Source: Kudoa neothunni (lineage: Eukaryota; Animalia; Cnidaria). From it: a DNA stretch of 43,036 nucleotides. A model generated the notes under the pieces. That model saw only the letters and a list, made by a program, of their open reading frames with translations, ran no database searches and had not been told where the DNA came from. Positions 1 to 12,000 of the stretch are shown here, piece by piece (positions within the stretch are counted from its first letter, which is position 1; the number at the start of each line of letters is the position of its first letter). The stretch covers positions 15,742,781 to 15,785,816 of the forward strand of contig OZ199838.1 of NCBI GenBank assembly GCA_964304625.1, read 5' to 3'. Made by a program: the position numbers and the translations under genes.

Positions 1-373
1 ACCGGGTCCACCAACTTTTGAAAAATCTCCGTCAAGTTTTGATGTCATAAAATAACGGATAATGGTTTTCCATTCACTAATGGATGTAAAAGAACCAATA
101 TCAAGTTCACACAACAGTTCATCGTATGTTCAAGAAGGGCACTTAATACAATAGAACATTAAAATGAATGTTTTGTACAAAGGAAGGTTAGACATTTCGA
201 ACACGCTATCTTTCCTCAAAGCATGTTGTTTGCCACAACTGTAGCATTTCAACTGAACGCCATCACCGGTATCCTTCCGATTGTATAAATACATTCTTTC
301 GCCACATGTACATTTCTTATACTCGTGCAAAAGCCCAGTTGTTTGAAAAACCTTAATAGTATAACGATGATCT
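1..373 (-). mobile_element. Merlin/IS1595 (ISXO2) transposase, N-terminal fragment running off the left edge
   Basis: Minus strand reads CTCGERM...CYSCGK...SVFEMSNLPL...CPS*TYDELLCEL...EWKTIIRYF...KVGGPG, i.e. the zinc ribbon and the GG-x-G motif that precedes VEIDE. In-frame TGA at 130-132. Cut at 373 by the next element's TIR. Confidence 0.8.
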
Positions 374-497
374 GGTTAAAGTTCAGTTCCTCCTTCTTCG
401 GCGCCTGCTGGTTGCCCGCCATCGGTAATAATCAGATTATTTTTCATAACATATAACCCCAATAAAATCTAGTTTACTTTAGTTAGACTGTTAGGGC

Positions 498-604
498 TTC
501 CAGATGGTTCTAGTTTAACATAGAATACACTGGAAGCTTCTATAACAATCTATCATCGGTCTAGATGTTTCTAGAACATTCTGGATCCTAAATTCCATAT
601 ATAG
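498..604 (+). promoter_or_regulatory. Heat-shock element (nGAAn/nTTCn) array followed by a TATA box, inside the Merlin element
   Basis: Perfect TTC-TA-GAA-CA-TTC at 569-581, flanked in register by GAT/GTC half-sites; more TTC/GAA units at 498, 508, 523, 533, 538; TATATAG at 598-604; ATG at 643. Confidence 0.55.
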
Positions 605-1487
605 ACAGCTTTATAGATATACATATAGTGATATTAATAACAATGGTGTCTTGTCTTAACATAGACGTAATTAAACAAAATATATCAATTCAAAAAATAT
701 AATATTATTTTAAATATTAAAAATTCTAAAATAAAGTGTCAATTTATGTGTCCAACAATATAATATAAGTTAATGTACGTTCTTATCTTTTAAATTGAAA
801 ATTATATATAAACGAATATTTTTAATGGTATTGTTGATTAATTATGGATTTTATTTTTTAAAACAAATGATAGATATAACGTTAAAAACCCCAAAATAAG
901 ATTACATTTTACAGATAAATAATAAATATTTTTTATATTTTACAACATGCTCTTTCTTAAAAAATGTATAAACTAAAACAATATATCATCTCATGAGATT
1001 TTTATCTTAATATAATTTTTAATAATTTTTAGGTGAATAAAATCCACGTATCATGTCGTTTCTTTTGTAATTATATCCTAATGAGCCTAAGTTAATGTAA
1101 AAAATCTGTCTTTTAACTTAACTTTCGGAAGATTTTGTTATTTTATACAAAAATTTTAATTATTTGATAAATATGTATATAATCGCTCTAAAAAATAATA
1201 GGTTAACACTAATTAAAATAAACTTAACAATGCCGTAATTCACTATAGATATTTATTCATTGACGATTGGAAAAAGACATAATTATATAAATTTTTACAG
1301 TAAAATAAAGTCTACAAAATATAAACACGATTAATTGCTTCTAAAAGTTTAGAAAGAACACGCTTCCTGTGGAGTCTTTTAAATATCCATTCAGCAATAT
1401 AGGAAGCGATCATTTCCTTTTTTTATTCGTCACTGAGCGATATTTCCGCTTAAAAGCGCTCCACAATCCCTCCATTCGATTGATGTG

Positions 1488-1549
1488 GATTCTTGTAGAT
1501 TCTTGTAGATTCTTGTAGATTCTTGTAGATTCTTGTAGATTCTTGTAGA
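1488..1549. repeat. Six tandem copies of the 10-mer GATTCTTGTA inside the transposase
   Basis: Directly visible; lies between EFVSST and RIHINRMEG and shifts the frame. Confidence 0.95.
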
Positions 1550-1636
1550 CGAGACAAACTCCCTATCATGAATTAATGTCTCGTGATCGTATTCATAACC
1601 TAGCTCAATGAGTGAACTATAGGCAGACCATCCGTC

Positions 1637-2105
1637 TATGTATGTATGTATGTATGTGATGTATGTATGTATGTGATGTATGTATGTATGTGATGTATGT
1701 ATGTATGTGATGTATGTATGTATGTGATGTATGTATGTATGTATGTGATGTATGTATGTATGTATGTGATGTATGTATGTATGTATGTGATGTATGTATG
1801 TATGTGATGTATGTATGTATGTATGTGATGTATGTATGTATGTGATGTATGTATGTATGTATGTATGTGATGTATGTATGTATGTATGTGATGTATGTAT
1901 GTATGTGATGTATGTATGTATGTGATGTATGTATGTATGTGATGTATGTATGTATGTATGTGATGTATGTATGTATGTATGTGATGTATGTATGTATGTA
2001 TGTATGTGATGTATGTATGTATGTGATGTGATGTATGTATGTATGTATGTATGTGATGTATGTATGTATGTATGTATGTGATGTATGTATGTATGTATGT
2101 AATGT
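1637..2105. repeat. Compound (TATG)n/TGTGA microsatellite expanded inside the transposase
   Basis: ~470 bp of TATG units interrupted by TGA/TGTGA; splits the I-H-T-D-G-W motif and produces the HTYI low-complexity ORFs. Confidence 0.95.
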
Positions 2106-2831
2106 ATAACAGATCCCCTCTCAATATGAGTGGTAATAATATTTTCAAGAGTGGGAGTGTCTCTCTTTTCGGTTTCCACCATAAAGACTCTTCCATCCTC
2201 CTCCATACCACCAACTATCCATAGACTTTGGTTTTGTAGGATTCTACCAACTCCAAACTTCCTCTTACAAATTTGACTTTTGTCTATTTGGACTTTTACG
2301 CCAGGGCCACCAACTTTGTTTGGGTTACGAATGAAGTAACTCAAACAAATGTCACGTATAAAATTTTTCAAATCCACAATAGTGGCGGAAGAATTAACAT
2401 GGCATTCTTTCATTAAGAAAGATTGTTCCGTCGCTCCCACGCCCCAAAAATACAAAATCTTTAAAATTTGATACAGATACGTAGAAAGTAGGGCTTGGTA
2501 GAAAAACGTATTCTTTCATAACGAGCATTCCTTCCTGCATGACTTGAAACATCAGCAGCATTGTTCCTTGGAGAAAGTTTCATTTGACCTCCACAAGAAC
2601 AAACCATCGAAGTTAGTAGTAAGTCAAGTTGTTGGAAAAAAATAATTAAATCTTCAGGATGATTCTTAAATTAACATAAGTCTTCAAAATTTAGGTTATC
2701 TAAATTTTCGTACGTGAAGATTGCAGGAAGCATACTCCGGAAAATGTAAACAGCCGGAACCCCCAATTATTACCAATGGCGGGTAACCGGCGGGCGCCCA
2801 AAAAGGGGAAGGGGGTAACTGAACTTTAACC

Positions 2832-3665
2832 CGGTAGTATTTAACTTCCTTTGGTGTCCTCCCATAGGGCATTTTTCAGTTTGTCTACGTTAATGATAAT
2901 TTTGAAATCAATGCATGCATGCGTTTCTAAAGCGAATATGAAACTTCGGAATCAACTGTTTTTCATTTGTAACACATTTTAAAGAGACATTATAATGTCA
3001 TATTTCAAATTTGGATATATTCTTTCTCAGGCATCAGCCTGTGATTTGTAATCTTCCAGGCAAGTCTATTTTTAAAAATTTTCTAAATTTTGCGGGGATT
3101 ACGAAGACCCAATTCTGTACCAAATTCGTCCTTCTACTTTAAAGGTTAGCATGTATGTAACCATGCTTTCAAACAATTTTCACACCAAAAGAGATCATTT
3201 GGAAGACAGCATTGTATTTTCTGGTGTTCCCCAATAATTCTTCGAAGCCATAGTTACATCAGGCAGCAATGTTTGATGTAATTCCGAGAGTGTAGGTAAG
3301 GTATCCAAAATATCCTTTCTTCCAATTCGGCGCATTCCTGAAGTTTCATCATACCATTTTTTTCATGACAAAATTCATAGCGTGATTCCATTTTTCCGAT
3401 TGCAGCATTCTTATCTCGTGTATAAAAAAGTCATTAGCCATAATATAAGATAATATGATTTTATACGAGAGACGGTACAAAAATTATTTGTAGATTTATT
3501 GATTGATTGGGATAGTTTTAGTTGTTTGAACAGCTTCCAAAACCAGATGTTCTTGTCTTTGTTGGGAATTTTCATTTGGTACTGAGAGCATATTCCTTAT
3601 TCTATTTTGATCTTGTATAAGTTGCCTTTGTTCTTCCGTTTCTTGAGAACGTACTATTTGTTGGC
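2832..3665 (-). mobile_element. Degenerate Helitron RepHel N-terminal fragment
   Basis: Minus-strand pieces RSQETEEQRQ, KWYDETSGM, YNAVFQMISFG, TFKVEGRIWYRIGS, FRSFIFALE, DFKIIINVDK, PMGGHQRKLN match the conserved Helitron N-terminal region; many frameshifts. Confidence 0.75.
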
Positions 3666-3669
3666 GAAA

Positions 3670-4060
3670 TGGATTTTGCGCCACCATTGAAATTCGCCAA
3701 AGAAATCGTGGACCCCACCTTCTTCAACTTCCCGTCCTCTTTTACAGATGATGTCCTGTTTTTAAGAGAGATTCTGTATTTGGCTACATTTCAGGTACCT
3801 TTAATAGTGTTTGTGTGTGCTCCCGTTACAGAACCCACAAATTCAACACGAAGGTTGTCTCTTAAATAATCATAGAATTGATGGAGTTGATTGTAACTCG
3901 ACAAGCAATCAGTAATTATAGTAATTCCTTCTTTAGCATATGCTTCTATGATAGATATTAATGTCTCTGCTGTACGAACAAGAAATCCATTAAAAAATAT
4001 CGACAGTGTATACAATCCAGGAGCACGCCCGACTATAAAAATACTTTTTACAAATTCTAA
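3670..4060 (-). mobile_element. Merlin transposase C-terminal fragment
   Basis: RTAETLISIIEAYAKEGITIITDCLSSYNQL...EFVGSVTGAHTNTIKGT*N...EFQWWRK are ISXO2 DDE C-terminal motifs. Confidence 0.8.
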
Positions 4061-4810
4061 AGGTCTCAAAGATAATAATTAAACTCCAAAATATATAAAA
4101 ATACGGGCCGAGTCTAAACCTTATATGGTCCTCTATTATAGTGCGACTAATATTGCATATTGTTTTTTAGGTCGTAAAACAGAATTTTGCGAATGCGATG
4201 TTAAACACGACAATTTGAGAATTATTATTTGTATTTATATCGTCCGTTTTTGTAATTTATCATGTATTATGAATGATTTGAATCTGAAAAAAGAAAAACT
4301 CGATTCGACCATATAAATTTTTAATAATTTTCATACTTTTGTCGATTAATTTAATATTCCATATTTCAGTTTATATATTTTTTAACAACAAAATATAGCT
4401 AATAAATTCACAAATTTAAGTAATATTTTTATCCCATGTGTGATAATGTCCCATTAAAGTTTAAAATAACCGATTATGAGAATATATTTTTAACAAATAT
4501 TAAACGATAATGACGCCAAATGTATGTATATTCATATTTGTGGATTTAAACAAGTCGGTCCTTTTTATGGATTAGTCATTGTCGAGGCATATATTTATTT
4601 AACCCATAAATTGTTTATGTTAGATCTTTCCGGCAATTCAGCCTTTATTGGATGATGGGGGGAAGGTCAATAAAAGCCACCAAAGTTTTATTTTTGACCA
4701 ATTTAACCGATAAATAATTTGATTTTTTTGTTATATGAAACGAAACCCCATTAATTTCATTTCATTATCCATATAAATACATGAAATAAAGGAGGTGGAT
4801 TTAAAAAATA

Positions 4811-4872
4811 TTCTCTAATTATTCTAGAACATTCTATTTTTTTGTAGAAGATTTTTAATTGAACAAATATAA
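4811..4872 (+). promoter_or_regulatory. HSE (TTCTAGAACATTC) plus TATAA upstream of a Merlin transposase ATG
   Basis: TTC-TA-GAA-CA-TTC at 4822-4834, TATAA at 4868-4872, ATG at 4911. Confidence 0.5.
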
Positions 4873-4910
4873 GTAAATTGTTGAGTGAGAATATCCCTTC
4901 ATTAAAAATA

Positions 4911-5940
4911 ATGGCTCCTCCTCTGACACCCTATCATCTTCACAAGATTTCCTCAAATAAAAACAAACTTTTCGATTTTCTATTTAATAATAAGCTTATT
5001 ATATACAGAAGAAAACTTTGTCAACAATGCAAACTGAAGGAGATGACAATATCGAAGGACTCCCCCTTGAAGAACGATAAATATCGATGGAGGTGTCTGA
5101 ATCGAAGTTGTGGGAAGAAAATATCGATCAGAATAGTTTCGATATTTGAAAACTCGAATCTCAAAATACGAGTTATTAATTTATTTATTCTTTTAGCTTA
5201 AATAAATTTGGCTTTCTGTAGGTCATTCTAGACCTCATTTTTTGGGGTGTATAGAGCCTCGTATGAGAGATTAGCTATCGACACGAATATAAAGTGCAAC
5301 AAAACCTTGTCAAAATGGCTGAACGAATTCCGGCACATATGTTCCGAAATACTTATGCGTGACAATCAAAAACTTGGTGGTATATCTTTAATTATGTCTT
5401 AAATTTAAACCAAATCAGGAGAGGGTAAAGTCGTCGAGATAGACGAAACGAAGATAGGAAAAAGAAAGAACCACAAGGGAAGACCTGTTGATGGTGTGTG
5501 GGTGTTTGGCAGCATTGAAAAGGAACAACCAAAATGTTCCTCTACATTGTGTAGCATAGAAATAAAGCCACTTTGCCACCACTTATATTACAAAATATAG
5601 AGCAAGGTAACAACTTAATAAAATAATTAAATCAATTTTGATTAGGTACTACAATTGTATCGGGTAAATGGGAGACCTACATCAACCTTAGTAAACATGG
5701 CTTCATCCATCATCAGGTTGACCACTCAAAAGAATTTGTCGGATTGGCATCAACCTAAGATAAGTTTGCTTCACAATGGTACCAGAAATAGTTATTAAAC
5801 GAAATGTACTTGGTTTAATAACTATGACTTATTACAAAAAATATCTCTAATGTTATTATAGTAGGGCATTTCGGTGAATTTCCATTTCGAAAGAAATATT
5901 TAAGAGGATCCATGATAAACTCATGGAAATGATTAAACAG
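4911..5940 (+). mobile_element. Intron-containing Merlin transposase (defective)
   Basis: CQQC...RWRCLNRSCGKKISIR..SIFENS; KLGG|EGKVVEIDETKIGKRKNHKGR; WVFGSIE; NIEQG|TTIVSGKWETY; VDHSKEFV. GT-AG introns at 5172-5221, 5380-5418 and 5607-5645, probably also ~5807-5862. Second catalytic D reads G; frameshifts present. Confidence 0.85.
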
Positions 5941-6839
5941 CTATCTAGATCTGGATCTGGATCTGGATACATGGGGTGAACGGTATTTGTTCAATGCTCA
6001 TGATAATTTTAACTTTTGTATTTAACAAGTTGTGTATTGATTAATCATTAATTTTCTCTTTCAAATGTAGTCTATATTTTTGCATTAGCGTATACAGCGG
6101 GTGACGGGTAATACGTGATCCCTTCGGGACCGGAAAAAACGTGCGGATTATTGGTTCACACGTTCTTTTATCTTCTCGTATTTTTTACTCGATATTCAAT
6201 GACATTTATATTATAAATGGACACAAATTATAAAAAATCTGTGCTTGGGACGATTTAATGGGTGCAATGAAACATTAAACGATAATATTTTCGAATTATT
6301 AACTAGCGATCTTTTTAACGAGCGGATCGTTACTCGTTACTGTGGTCAGGCGTTAGATTCCTTACCTACTTATTATGGAAAATATAATTACCACCTTGTG
6401 TCTGTAATTATTTGTATTCCGTTTGCAAAAACCAAAATTCTCATAAACAAACTATTAAATCATTCCGCATTGATACACTAAATCAATTGAAAAAATTCCC
6501 CGATAAATCAAAATGATAAAAATATTTTTTGCTCCATGTAACTTCAACATGTTTAATTGTAACAGAAAGCACACTTAATATAAAACGTCAATAAATCATA
6601 AACGATAAAGTTAACTAATTAGTAAAATCCAATCTATATATTCTCGATATTCATTATTAATTAATTAATAATGAATATCTTATTTACAAATAAGGTAGGT
6701 CGAATATGAAAAATACTTTCAACTTACTGTAATCGTACTAATAGGTAAAAATAATCATCTTACTTCAGGATAAAATTCAATTTGCTATCCAAAAGTAATT
6801 AAATATATAAGCTAAATTTACGAATAATTATGTTATTTT

Positions 6840-9149
6840 ATTTTTTGGGGTTTTAAGAAGGTGTACCTATTTAATATAAGTTAATTTCCACGACCAGTTA
6901 AAAATTACTAATCACTTTCGTTAGTTATGAAACAATTTCATAGTCACATGACTAGTATTGACGTTTCTTTACATATTAATTCACCAATGAAAAATTATCT
7001 AATTTGCTACTAGCATTAAAAACCTAGCTTCATCAGTTATTGGTTGGCAGGATTTGTAAGGTAATAGATCTGTTAAATTTAAAATTCATATTCTAGAATA
7101 TATTTAAATAGTGAAATTGAAATTTTATGCATTTTATATTTCCTCATTATTTTTTCATTGTACTAGATTATATTATTCAGATTTCGCATATAATTTCGAT
7201 CGAAATATAAATAGAGGAATATTTCAAAAATTAATTCATATTTCTATCTTTGTTTTGAAAATTATTGACAATAAATATGACGCTATTTATTTCTACTAGT
7301 AATCTAATTAAATAGTAAAATTGGTCAAGTAAATAAAACCAATAGGTCATTTTGCTATATTATAATTAGTGGCGGTAGTTTGGAACGACTAAAATCGACG
7401 TTAAACTAGAGCGTAGGCGCAATATAAAAATACATAAACATTATTGTCAATCTCAACGTGGACGAAGTAACCATAAATATAATTTTATTTATACAGCTTC
7501 GTTTAAAATATAATACTGAAAACATTCTCATCAGATTTATTTGATAACTTGAGAAAATGCTTCGACTCTGAGAAACTTCTTCCCATGACTTTAGGTGGGT
7601 GATAGCGGTATATGCACTAAATCTCCTACCTTTAAAAGTATATAATATTTTTGATTTGACGTACTTTTATAGTTCAAATGACTTTTATAAATTCTAATTT
7701 ATATATTAAATCCAAAATTGGAATTAAGAACAATTAAACAATTTTGTAAATTAATTTTAATACGGCCAACATTAGAATTAGGGTGTGTTTGTTCGGCCCG
7801 TCGATCAAAAAGATTGCCGACACCTGATATAAAGAGATAACATAGAAACAACTGATTATAACTCAAAAAACATTCGTATTAAAATTTAATACTAATAGTT
7901 CGATTGAAATCTTATAAAGGCAACGAATGAGAGTTAATAGTTCATTCAACTCGAAGAATGTCACCCTTCTAAATTTTTTAGACGTTGGAACTAGCTGCAC
8001 TAACTCTTTGACCTACGTATTGTTGCAGGCTGAGATCACTATATCAATAAATTTATTTACTATTGTAATCTAAATTAATTTTATTACCCAAAAATATATG
8101 ATGCATTTCTTTCATGACGATATATGATATATTTCAAAAAATCTTGTTCGCATAATTCAGGACCTTTGCAGAAAGCGTGATATTTTGTGTTCATTTTATA
8201 ATTCTTATACAAATAGGCGTTTTTTCCAGCGAGGTGATTGCACTTAATCATACTTACCTACATAATTTTAAATTTAAATACCAATTTTATTTGGTTGATC
8301 TCCCAGAAATTTAGGCGGCAATCCATTTTCAAAATTTCTCCGGGTATATTATCATTTCCATTGTACTCCAAAATTTTAGTAAAGGTCTAAAATATCTCAA
8401 GTTACATTGGTTGGATATGTGGTTTATATTACTGCGCATTGGGCACATTTTAGCTCTGGAGGAGTCAACATAACTAAAAATTGAGTCACAAATCTAGCAT
8501 CACCTCAAATTTTAAAAATTTTATTTATGTAAAATAGATAAGCTATAGTGATTTTATTTTTATAATACATCCCAACTATTAGTGTGAAATAAAATAATCC
8601 AATTACTTGTGTTGTTGTGACAATCCCCCCTTAAAGTACAATAATATCTGTGAACTCGTATGTCTTGAATGAAAAAATTAATAACCGGATCAAGATGCGA
8701 AAGATCTGTTAACTAGTGAAAATTATGAATTTGGTTTATCCAATATTTTATTACATTTTGTCCAAAATTTTGATTATGATATTGGGTTAAATTTTGGACG
8801 TATGGTAGGAGCATGTGTGTCGAATTTTCATTGAGAGTTACATAATTCCTCAAATTAGCATACTAAAAAAATACAGCTGTACCGGAAAACATTTTTGTAC
8901 CATAAAGCTTCTTCTTGAATTACCATAGCGAAGATTACTTATTTTAGAGCACCCTACACACATTGTAAAACGTACAAACCAACAAAATATACACAATAAA
9001 ATGATTATAGCTATAATTCCCATTAATGCTGATTTCCCTTTATTACTAGGTAATGAAAGTTTCTACTATTTATAGCGATATATCTTATCAGTAACACAAT
9101 TAAAAAATGTTCATATCTGCAATTCGATAAAAGCATTCGTATTATTTAA
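6840..9149 (+). pseudogene. Leucine-rich-repeat gene or pseudogene made of many small exons
   Basis: AG/GT-bounded pieces with LRR patterns: LYYSDFAYNFDRNINRGIFQKLIHI (~7170), GGSLERLKS, LKTFSSDLFDNLRK (~7515), NLGGNPF (~8307), YNNICEL (~8637), VPENIFVP (~8878), FPLLL|AIYLISNTIKK (9011-9149). I could not assemble a continuous frame; ends are approximate. Confidence 0.5.
7641..7826. mobile_element. Dispersed repeat ending in a hAT-like terminus
   Basis: 7641-7767 is an inverted, diverged copy of 35212-35340. The end TTGCCGACACCTG (rc CAGGTGTCGGCAA) with subterminal CGGCCCG resembles hAT/Charlie termini. Confidence 0.55.
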
Positions 9150-10125
9150 TTTATAGATCAGTTTGAAATACTTGGCCTTGATATTTTATCTTTATATAAT
9201 TTTAATTGGATAATTTAAAATATTTTCTCCAACTAAATTAAGCTGTATCTAGTTCTACTTTATTATATTTAAACTATTTTAATAAATATTTGCTTCCAAA
9301 CGAATTTAATAAACTATTGATTTTTTTGAATTTATAGAAAATAATATTAAATTATAATGTTACTTAATTATGAGATTAATTTAAGTTTGATCTTATCAAA
9401 ACGATAAATTTATAAGAAAATGCCCCTATTTTGGACTAAAATAAATATTTGTGTTTCCAAGTTTAATTTTAGATTATTAAGTCCTAAAATACGGTCACTT
9501 TAAAACAGTAATAAAGTGTACATAACCCTATCAAATGTATACTTTATAAGTTTTCGAAAATAATTATAAATGACTATAGAAGCTTTTATAAATTTTATTT
9601 GAAAATAGAATAAATTATTCAAATGGATAATATTTTATATAATAAAATAGAAAAGTGGGATTGGAATTGGAATTGGGATACTATAGAAAATTGTTATAAC
9701 GTTATCAACCATTATCTTCAAATAACTAAAATCTCATTGTTTCATTCTTATTATTATCTTATCATCCACTTGTCCAGTGTTACCAGTGAAAGAATTTTAT
9801 TGTATCATACAAAACAGTTGATAAATACCTATTAAGTAAACAAATAATTATCAATATTGTTAGTGAACAATGTTTAATATAGTTTTCAGTGTCAAAACGT
9901 TGATAAGAGCATAAGTAATATGGTTCACAAAATTAACGCTATCTATATTAATATAGGATCAACTTTAATAATCAAATTCATAAACTACGGTCGTTATGTG
10001 ATTTTTCTGAAATTATTTTATTTCTAAGCATTAAATTACAAATATTTGAAACCCATTTATTACATTACATCACATTACATCACAATTTAATTTAATTTAT
10101 CTGTTGATTCATCATTATCTATTAA

Positions 10126-12000
10126 CCCTTGTGCACACATTGGGGGTCAAAAATGGGCTCAGCCTTTTCTTTTATCAGCGATTTTCTTAAAATCTCTCCT
10201 ACATAATTTTAAGTGATTTTTCCTGATTTATTCTATTGTTGTATTAATTTAAAATATTTACTGAACTAATGATAAATGAATTTTAAACACTATTAAATCC
10301 TCGAAACATTAAACTTCAGTTCCTCACCCTTTATTGGAAAATCTATGATAATTACTCTGTTAATGCTATGTTTAATATCAAATAGAGTTATTGAATTTTA
10401 AAAATATGTAGAATGATTTTAGAGAAGAGATTAATCAGTGTGTTTTCAATGTGTTGCATGATCATACGGATTCAAAATCGGCTGAACTTTGGTCCGCTTT
10501 AAAGATACAAAGAGATCAGCATGAAACTCTATTGGATGTCACTGATTCTAAGTTTAGCGACTATTTCATTGAAAATCCTGTATCCGATTATGATGATTTG
10601 GATGATTTGGATGATGACGCGGAATTTAATGCTGAATTGATTGTCACGTCGACTTTGAAAGATGAAGAAAGATGATCTAAACAATAAACCAACGAAGAAT
10701 TGACACGGAAAATATTTTTAAACTTTTTTGACAACGAAATCCTTGATTTAATTGTTTAATGCACCAATCATTATATAAAAAACCATCGATCAAAATTAAC
10801 TTTGATTATTAAAGATGATTGAATGAAATATAATGGTGGTTGAATAATAATTGGTGTAATGAAGGGTAAAAATATGGATATTCGTGATTTCTTATCATCA
10901 AAGTATGGTCAACCTACAATAAATCTCCATTAATTTATTTGAACAAATATCTTCGTGTATGCGGTTTGATAACGGAGATCCAGAGTACAAGTTGACAAAT
11001 TGGTTCCCATACAAGAAGTTTTTTAACACTTTATTGGAAGTTGTCGAAAAAATTATACACCAAACGAACAAATGGCCGTTGATGAGCAACTGGTGACATT
11101 TAGAGGGAGATGCGGTTTCAAAATGTACATTCCAAATGAACCCAGACGGTATGGTGTTAAAATGTGGGCTTTGTGCGACTCAAAGAATGCCTACCTATTC
11201 AACGCAAAGGTGTATCTTGGAAAAAAATGGTGAAGTACAGTTTAATCAAGAGAAAATGTTGTGAATCGATTTTTAAATTTGGTCGAAATATTAAACAGAT
11301 AATTTGTTCACTACTCTTTCCCTCGCAAGATTTCTACTTGGCCAAAAATTGATAATCGTAGGAACTGTTCGAAAAAAGAAAAAATTTTTAACATCAGAGT
11401 TTCAAATATCGACAAGAAATAAAGATAACAGTCAGTTTTTGTTTCAAGATAAGGTCACACTCGTCAAATACAACCCTAAGAAAAACAGATCGGTTGTCTT
11501 GTTATCAACACTCCACTGAGATGCGAATATTTATTAAAAAAACCTTAAAAACCCGAAATTATATCTTAATATAATTCTAAAAAAGGTGGAGTTGATACTC
11601 TTGATCAAGTAGTAAGATTTTTTTCGGTAAAAAGAAAAACACGAAGGTGACCAATGACTCTTTTCTATAATTTGTTAGATACCGCTGCATATAATGCCTA
11701 CTTGTTGTATTGCCAAAAGTCCCTAAAGAGGCATTCCATCCTTAATAAGGCCTAAAATCTTACGAAACAATGTCAGAAAATGGTGTCAAATTTGTTTTCA
11801 TTCGAGGAGATCGAAAACGTCAACGCAGTGAAAATTATGCAATAAAAAAGAAATAATTTTTATTGAATGTTTAAATTCAAAAAATATCAATTATATTTTT
11901 TTTAATTTTAAAAACGTTTTCATGTGTTTACTTTTTAGTGAGGGTCAAGAAAAACCCCCACAGCGGGTTGGCGTAAGTTTTTTGTGCATGTGTACGAGGG
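10126..12000 (+). mobile_element. piggyBac element, decayed (PGBD4-like transposase)
   Basis: TTAA|CCCTTGTGCAC ... GTGTACGAGGG|TTAA. Motifs VDEQLVTFRGRCGFKMYIPNEPRRYGVKMW, VGTVRKKK, YNSKKGGVDTLDQ; many stops. Confidence 0.9.

Larger units (their letters stand above)
374..2831 (-). mobile_element. Merlin DNA transposon with ~60 bp imperfect TIRs and a disrupted transposase
   Basis: TIR GGTTAAAGTTCAGTT...GCCCGCCATCGGTAATAAT (374-432) is inverted at 2766-2831. Transposase on minus ~1330-2720: CSCGG zinc finger, KVGGPGVKVQIDKS, KRKFGVGR, WIVGGME, RDTPTLENII, DGWSAY, H..EFV, INRMEGLWSAFKR. No TSD found. Confidence 0.85.

Noticed and set aside
130-132. TGA readthrough or TGA=Trp in the Merlin fragment
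   Set aside because: Single instance in a defective transposon; host genes use TGG for Trp.
1488-1549. CRISPR-like or telomeric array
   Set aside because: Head-to-tail 10-mer with no spacers, inside a transposase, in a eukaryotic context.
1430-2214. His/Thr/Tyr/Ile repeat proteins in the ORF track
   Set aside because: Translation of a TATG microsatellite inside a dead transposase.
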